Part shown: in pieces, positions 57,361-64,000 of the stretch
Numbering within the stretch: the stretch's first letter is position 1
Layout: every line of letters starts with the position of its first letter
NCBI GenBank assembly: GCA_964016885.1
Contig: OZ024740.1
Span: 84,940,001-85,004,000, forward strand
DNA length: 64,000 nt
Source: Eledone cirrhosa
Taxonomy: Eukaryota
Direction of reading: 5' to 3'
The notes under the pieces: model-generated
Seen by the model: the letters and a program-made list of their open reading frames with translations, nothing else
What the model was told of the DNA's origin: nothing
Databases searched by the model: none
Made by a program: the position numbers and the translations under genes

Positions 57361-58599
57361 ATAGTTGAAGTAAGATAGTGGTGTCAGTTGTACAAACCAA
57401 TAGACACACAGAAACGTAGAGTTTAAAAGTGTACTCATTACACGTACGTAAGTATTCCGCGAGGAGTATTCATCCAGCATAAACATTACGTTGATACACC
57501 GACGCATTCGTTTACACACTACAAACATACAGTAAGTAATGTTAATGAAACATACAGACAGACACATAATATAACACAAAAAAGTAAACACACACACAAA
57601 TACATTCACAAAGAAAGACACACGTATACAGACACACATCTGAGATACACACATACAAATAAAGACACTCGTATACAAACAGCATAGATACACACACACA
57701 CACGACATGAAAAATAGAAAGGTACTCATATTCACAAACAACATAGACATTACATAAAGTACGTACATTCTGACACACGGCATAAACATATACACATACG
57801 TACAACACATATTAGTCCGTAATATAAAATGAATGTAGGAGATAGCGTTAACTAATTGCTTGGCTGCCTGCCTGTCCTAAACCTGTGCAGAAAGAAACGT
57901 TCAGCTCTAACCAGGTTTGCTGCCTCTGCCTGCTTTTTGGTGCAGGAAATGACTAACAGACAAGTAGAGTTACTACTGAAACTCCTAGACATTTGGCAAG
58001 ACACCAGTAAACAATCCATACCATTATAGCTTCATAAGCAAGTGCCATGGACACGGAAAATCATTGTCTCAAGACTGGCTATCTCTTGAAGCAGGTAAAT
58101 CTTGTTGTCTTTATCTTTGTTTTACCTTATACATATACACACATGCATAACCACACTCGATCACGTTAACATATTTTTTTATCTCAGTGAATATATGTAC
58201 ACCTTGAGTGAGTGCATATGGCCTCAGTTTAGCTTACAAAATAAATATGTAAATACAAAACTAAACATTGCCAACTCATGTTAAAGTACAAGTTGTTAGA
58301 AGTAAAAATTGTTATGGTAATTTCCGATAAATAACATGTGATTATAGTAATTATGGAAAGAATGAGAAAGACTTAAATGTTCATGTGGGAATGATGGTAT
58401 AACATCTAACAATAATAATTTTAGTATTCAACAATTGGTAGTTTCGTTACATAAACATTAACCCCTCCCACAATTTATTCGTAAATCGACTCCGTTTATC
58501 TTTTGTTGGGTTTTGTAGCTGACACTTAAATGAATAATATATATATATATAAAAATGAAGGGTAGAGAAAATATTGTAGCAAAAAGCCAACAGTATTCC

Positions 58600-58644
<45 letters not shown>

Positions 58645-59844
58645 GTGTGTATGTTGTATATATTTATGAGGGAGTTAAACTGGGTAGTGAAAAAGACCGT
58701 TGACATTTTAATTTATCTTCATAGTCCGACAAAATAAAACACTTTATGACTTAAAGGGAATCTTAAAGACATTGCCATTATTCTGATACGATCACACTTA
58801 GACAGACTGTGTTGATAATGATTATACAAAGCACCAGTAATGCATTGGGTCGATTTGATCGGCTTATCCCTTCCCTTCAAATTGCTGACCTTGTTCCAAA
58901 ATGTAGAAACAATTATTATTATATACAAACACGCTCGTTTTCAATCTTTGATTCAGCGTCGTATTTTGAAATACAGTCATTGGCCTTGGACGTCCATATA
59001 TTTATATAGTTTAAAATGTGTTGTACAATAAAAAAAAAAAAACAACGAACTTTAACTGAATAAAAGACTCGATATAAGTGATAGTCTATTATCAAAGTTT
59101 CGCTTGGTATGTTGTTTATTTCAACAATTTGAATATGCTTAGGAATTTCGAAGTCTCTTTCAATAGAATTGTGTGTGTGTTTGTGTGTTGACACCAGTTG
59201 GTTGTGATGGTAGTTAACATAACTGTAGGTGGATCTATGCATGTTTTAATAAAATGTTTCAGTTTTGAAAACACAATCGATTGTGTTAACTTCGTTTTTA
59301 TAAATGGAATTTCATGAGCTATTTTTTTTCATATTTAAGTAATTCTGTACAGTTTTGCGACTTTACGTTTATTGTGTAGGTGAGAGGGGAAAAGTCACAG
59401 ATTTAAAATGCCTGTAACCACACCGACAGTAGGCGAGGATAACTCTTGATGATAAACTACCACAATACACACACACACACCTATATATAGTTTTTGTGGT
59501 CTACCCGGTCTCAACACCGCAGACCTCTCTCTAACGAGAGAGAGAGAGATTCCCAGTTGTGTCAGCGGTAACTACAGTTAAAAAGGTACTCAATACATTG
59601 TAGTGTATAAGCATTTTTTTTATTTCATATAGAAATGACTTCTACCGACTCAAACATTCGTATGAAATCATCTAGTCCTGTACCAGTCATTTCTATATAA
59701 AATAATATATACATCTCTCTCTCTCTCTTTATACTTTGGGAGGGGCATGTTGCCAATAAGAAACACACGCACCAGTACTTTCACTCCAATTTATTATAAA
59801 TTATAAATTTAAGAAATTTGTAAATTTCCCGTTGTTCATATATT

Positions 59845-59887
59845 GTCAAAGTTCTTTCGTCACACATTCTGTGACCTCTTCAGTGAC
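59845..59887 (-). ncRNA. Minimal type I hammerhead ribozyme (slightly degenerate)
   Basis: Minus strand reads GTCA-CTGAAGA-G-GTCACA-gaatg-TGTGAC-GAAA-GAAC-TT-TGAC; it lies near the PLE-terminal motif at 59738. Confidence 0.6.
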
Positions 59888-59922
59888 TGGGGGATTCTTT
59901 TCTTTGTTTTGTGCCTCTCCTT

Positions 59923-59970
<48 letters not shown>

Positions 59971-60062
59971 TCTTTTTAGCCCATGGAGCGCTTGCCAGCA
60001 TGACTCGGAATTTGCGTTACATTTCGCTTTTTCTACCTGCCGAAATGCGGTTCTCGCTGAAT

Positions 60063-60093
<31 letters not shown>

Positions 60094-60770
60094 GAAAGAG
60101 AGAGAGAATACACCGTAAATGTTTCATCACACTGATCATCAGTTATTTTAGAAAGTACTTTTAATTCAGTATAAAATTGTCGCAGTCGAAAGTAGTTACA
60201 TTTTAGTATAATTTTAAAAATATCATGTAGCAACACATGTGGTTTGCTGTATGTTATTGCTTCGTTTGTTGTTGATGTAACTGAGGCCTTGTGCCAAACT
60301 TAGAAATCATCGGTGTTATAGGTCAACTCTGTCTCCTTGTAAACATAGCTATAGTCACATGTTGCTGTATGCGGATCTCGCAGATCTTACATAATGTACA
60401 TACACACGCACACAGCTCTGTATGTGTACGCATTAGACATATCTTCATATATGTTATTGCTGTTTCTATATATATCTGATATCACACAAACGTGTTATAT
60501 TTACACAACGCCTTGTGCCTGTGTACACATGTAGAAAAGACTATATTCACATGTTTGCGTATGTATTAATCAGAGCGCATAGATTATTTCTCTTTTTCAC
60601 CTCTTTAGGCTTAACATAGAGTATGTTTTATTCGACTGTTTATCTTAATTTCCCACGTCCGTCCGTCCAATTGTTTTAATAACATTTAGTATTTGTTACA
60701 TAATTACACCTAGTTTCTGCTTTATCTTCTTAAGACTCGCCATTGTTGATGCTGACCTGCTCCCGGGGTC

Positions 60771-61656
<886 letters not shown>

Positions 61657-61657
<1 letters not shown>

Positions 61658-63852
61658 ATCATCATCATCATCATCAACGTTTAACGTCCGTGTTCCACGC
61701 TTGCATGGGTTTGGACGGGGGTAGTCCCACTTGAGGCAAGAGTGATTGTCTTGCTCGCATAGGACTGTCTGGCAGGTTTTCTACAGTTGGATGCCCTTCC
61801 TAACACCAACCACATTTACAGTGTGGGTCTGGGAGGTTTTTACCGTGTTGCCTACACGGCCACATTACAGCGTGGACTGTGTGTTTTTTTGTCGTGACAC
61901 CTACACGATCTCATTTGTTTCGGCCTCGAAGGCGCGGCACCAACATAACTTTACATAGAACGGGGTGGTGTGGATCGGGTGGGGGTGGGGGTGGTGGGAC
62001 GGGGTGTATTTTGTTAGAGATGCCTACTGGCTGGAGTAGGTTTTACTATATATTTAGGTAAGGCGGGTCTTCTCTGTTACTGAGTACCGCCAAAGGTCTC
62101 GGTCCAGTGACATTGTCTTGGAGAGGTGTAAGTGTGTGATGTCGGAGTTTATCAGCTCGTCCCAGGTTTTTCTAGGTCTGCCTATTCCGTGACTACCGTC
62201 TATCTTTATTGCCCTGCACTTTGTTATACAGCTATCGACTTTCATGCGCATCACGTGTCCATACCAACGTAGCCTTCTCTCGAGTAAACAACATCTGATC
62301 CCTCTTATCTCTAATTTTTTCCTTAGTTCGTTTATGCTTTGCCGTTCACGTATATTACTGTTACACATCCAGCGGAGCATGCAAGCTTCGTTCCTCTCTA
62401 GTCTGCGTATATCCTCTGCACACAATGCCCAGGTCTCACTGCCATGCAGCATTGCTGTTCGTATGCAGGCATCGTACAACCTGCCTTTCATTTTAGTGAG
62501 AACCCTTTAGCAGCTAATAGTGGTATAAGCTCTCTGAACTTTTTCCAACCAGTTCTGACTCTAGCTACAGTACTTTCAGAGCACCCTCCCCCACTGCTGA
62601 TTTTATCGCCCAGGTAACGGAAGCTGTCCACTATTTCTATAGAACCCTCTGCGCAATTGAAAGAGCTAGTAGTTTGTGGGCACTTGCTGCTACTTATTGC
62701 ACCAGAGCACCGGCCACATGTAAAATCTATGTTCTTAGTTAGCTTACCTGTGATCCCACTACATCTTTTATGCACCCATACTTTGCATTTAGGACATAAA
62801 ATGGAGTTTCTACCTACGCCTTTCCTACACACCGAGCACGACCATTTCCCAGAAGGGACCGCCGCCTTGTTTTCTTTCCTACAAACTAGCACTTTGGTCT
62901 TAGCCAGGTTAATTTTAAGTCCTTTTGACTCTAGGCCGTGCTTCCATGTTTGGAATTTCTTCTCTAGCTCGGCCATTGATTCCGCTATGAGTGTCAGGTC
63001 GTCTGCGTATAGGAGTTCCCATGGGCAGCCTGTCTTGAACTCCTCTGTTATAGCCTGAAGGGCAATAATAAATAGTAGTGGACTGAGAACAGAGCCCTGA
63101 TGGACGCCAACTTTTACGCTAAACTCTTCACTATATTCGTTGTTAATTCTAACCTTGCTGACTGTTTCTTTATACATGGCTTGTATAGCCCTCACAAGCC
63201 ATTCGTCAACGCCTAGTTTTCTAAGAGCCCACCAGATAATGGAGCGGGGGACTCTGTCGAAGGCTTTCTCCAAGTCGACAAAAGCTAAGTAGAGGGGTTT
63301 ACCTTTAGCTAGGTACTTCTCCTGTAGTTGTCGTACTATGAAAAGAGCGTCTGTGGTACTTTTGCCTGACACAAACCCGAACTGCATTTCATCTAGGTCA
63401 ATTCTCTCTCTGATTAGTTGCGCTATTACTCTTTCCGTGACCTTCATGACCTGGTCGATTAATTTAATGCCTCTATAGTTACTCCTATCTAGGGCGTCTC
63501 CTTTACCCTTATAACAGTTAACGATGATGCTGCTATGCCAGTCCTTCGGAACAACCCCATTCTGTACGACTTGGTTAACTATGCGGGTGACCATGGTGTG
63601 TCCCACCGTGCCAGATGCCTTCAGCATCTCAGCAACTATTTCCGAAGGCCCAGCCGCCTTACCAGTCTTCATATCCTTGATTGCCTTACTTATTATACTC
63701 CCCTCGACTAACACTGCTGGTCCCTCTATTGGGTCGATATGGGGAGACTGCCTTTCTCCCAATTATTCTCCTCATTTAGAAGCCTTTCATAGTGACACTT
63801 CCAAGCTACCTTCTTATCAGCGTCGGTGATGGCAAGTGTGCCATCGTCGTTT
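61657..63852 (-). mobile_element. 5'-truncated RTE LINE with nearly intact RT and embedded PHD-like finger
   Basis: ORF 62488..63762 (FVDLEKAFDRV, GVHQGSVLSPLLF, LLYADD) and 62054..62491 are separated by a single frameshift in an A-run. (CAT)n tail; inserted in a TA array. Confidence 0.95.
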
Positions 63853-63871
63853 AATATATATATATATATAT

Positions 63872-63989
<118 letters not shown>

Positions 63990-64000
63990 ATATATATATC

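Overview
AT-rich, microsatellite- and retroelement-dense animal genomic DNA. The repeat landscape suggests an octopus or other coleoid cephalopod, which is my inference rather than something proven here. One host gene can be reconstructed: MRPL38 (mitochondrial ribosomal protein mL38, PEBP fold) on the + strand, with 8 coding exons at 9395-27828. All junctions are GT-AG and phase-compatible, giving 1209 nt and 402 aa. The rest is mobile DNA: RTE, CR1/L2-group, Tx1/L1 and CRE non-LTR retrotransposons, Penelope-like elements (PLEs), tRNA-derived SINEs, an internally deleted mariner, MITEs, a foldback element just upstream of MRPL38, and simple repeats. The most unusual signal is a dense set of type I hammerhead ribozyme (HHR) motifs read by eye. 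Seven are complete or near-complete (3166, 4407, 31773, 33989, 39852, 53823, 59845) and several more are degenerate or half copies. They sit in PLE ends and in small non-coding units with direct or inverted terminal duplications, often beside (TA)n. Two otherwise dissimilar HHRs share an enlarged loop II that is complementary to the ~17-22 nt immediately 5' of helix I, suggesting a pseudoknot or conformational switch. Three copies of another family break off just upstream of GAAA, and two of these fold back into palindromes. All RNA folds were derived by hand and need computational and biochemical confirmation.
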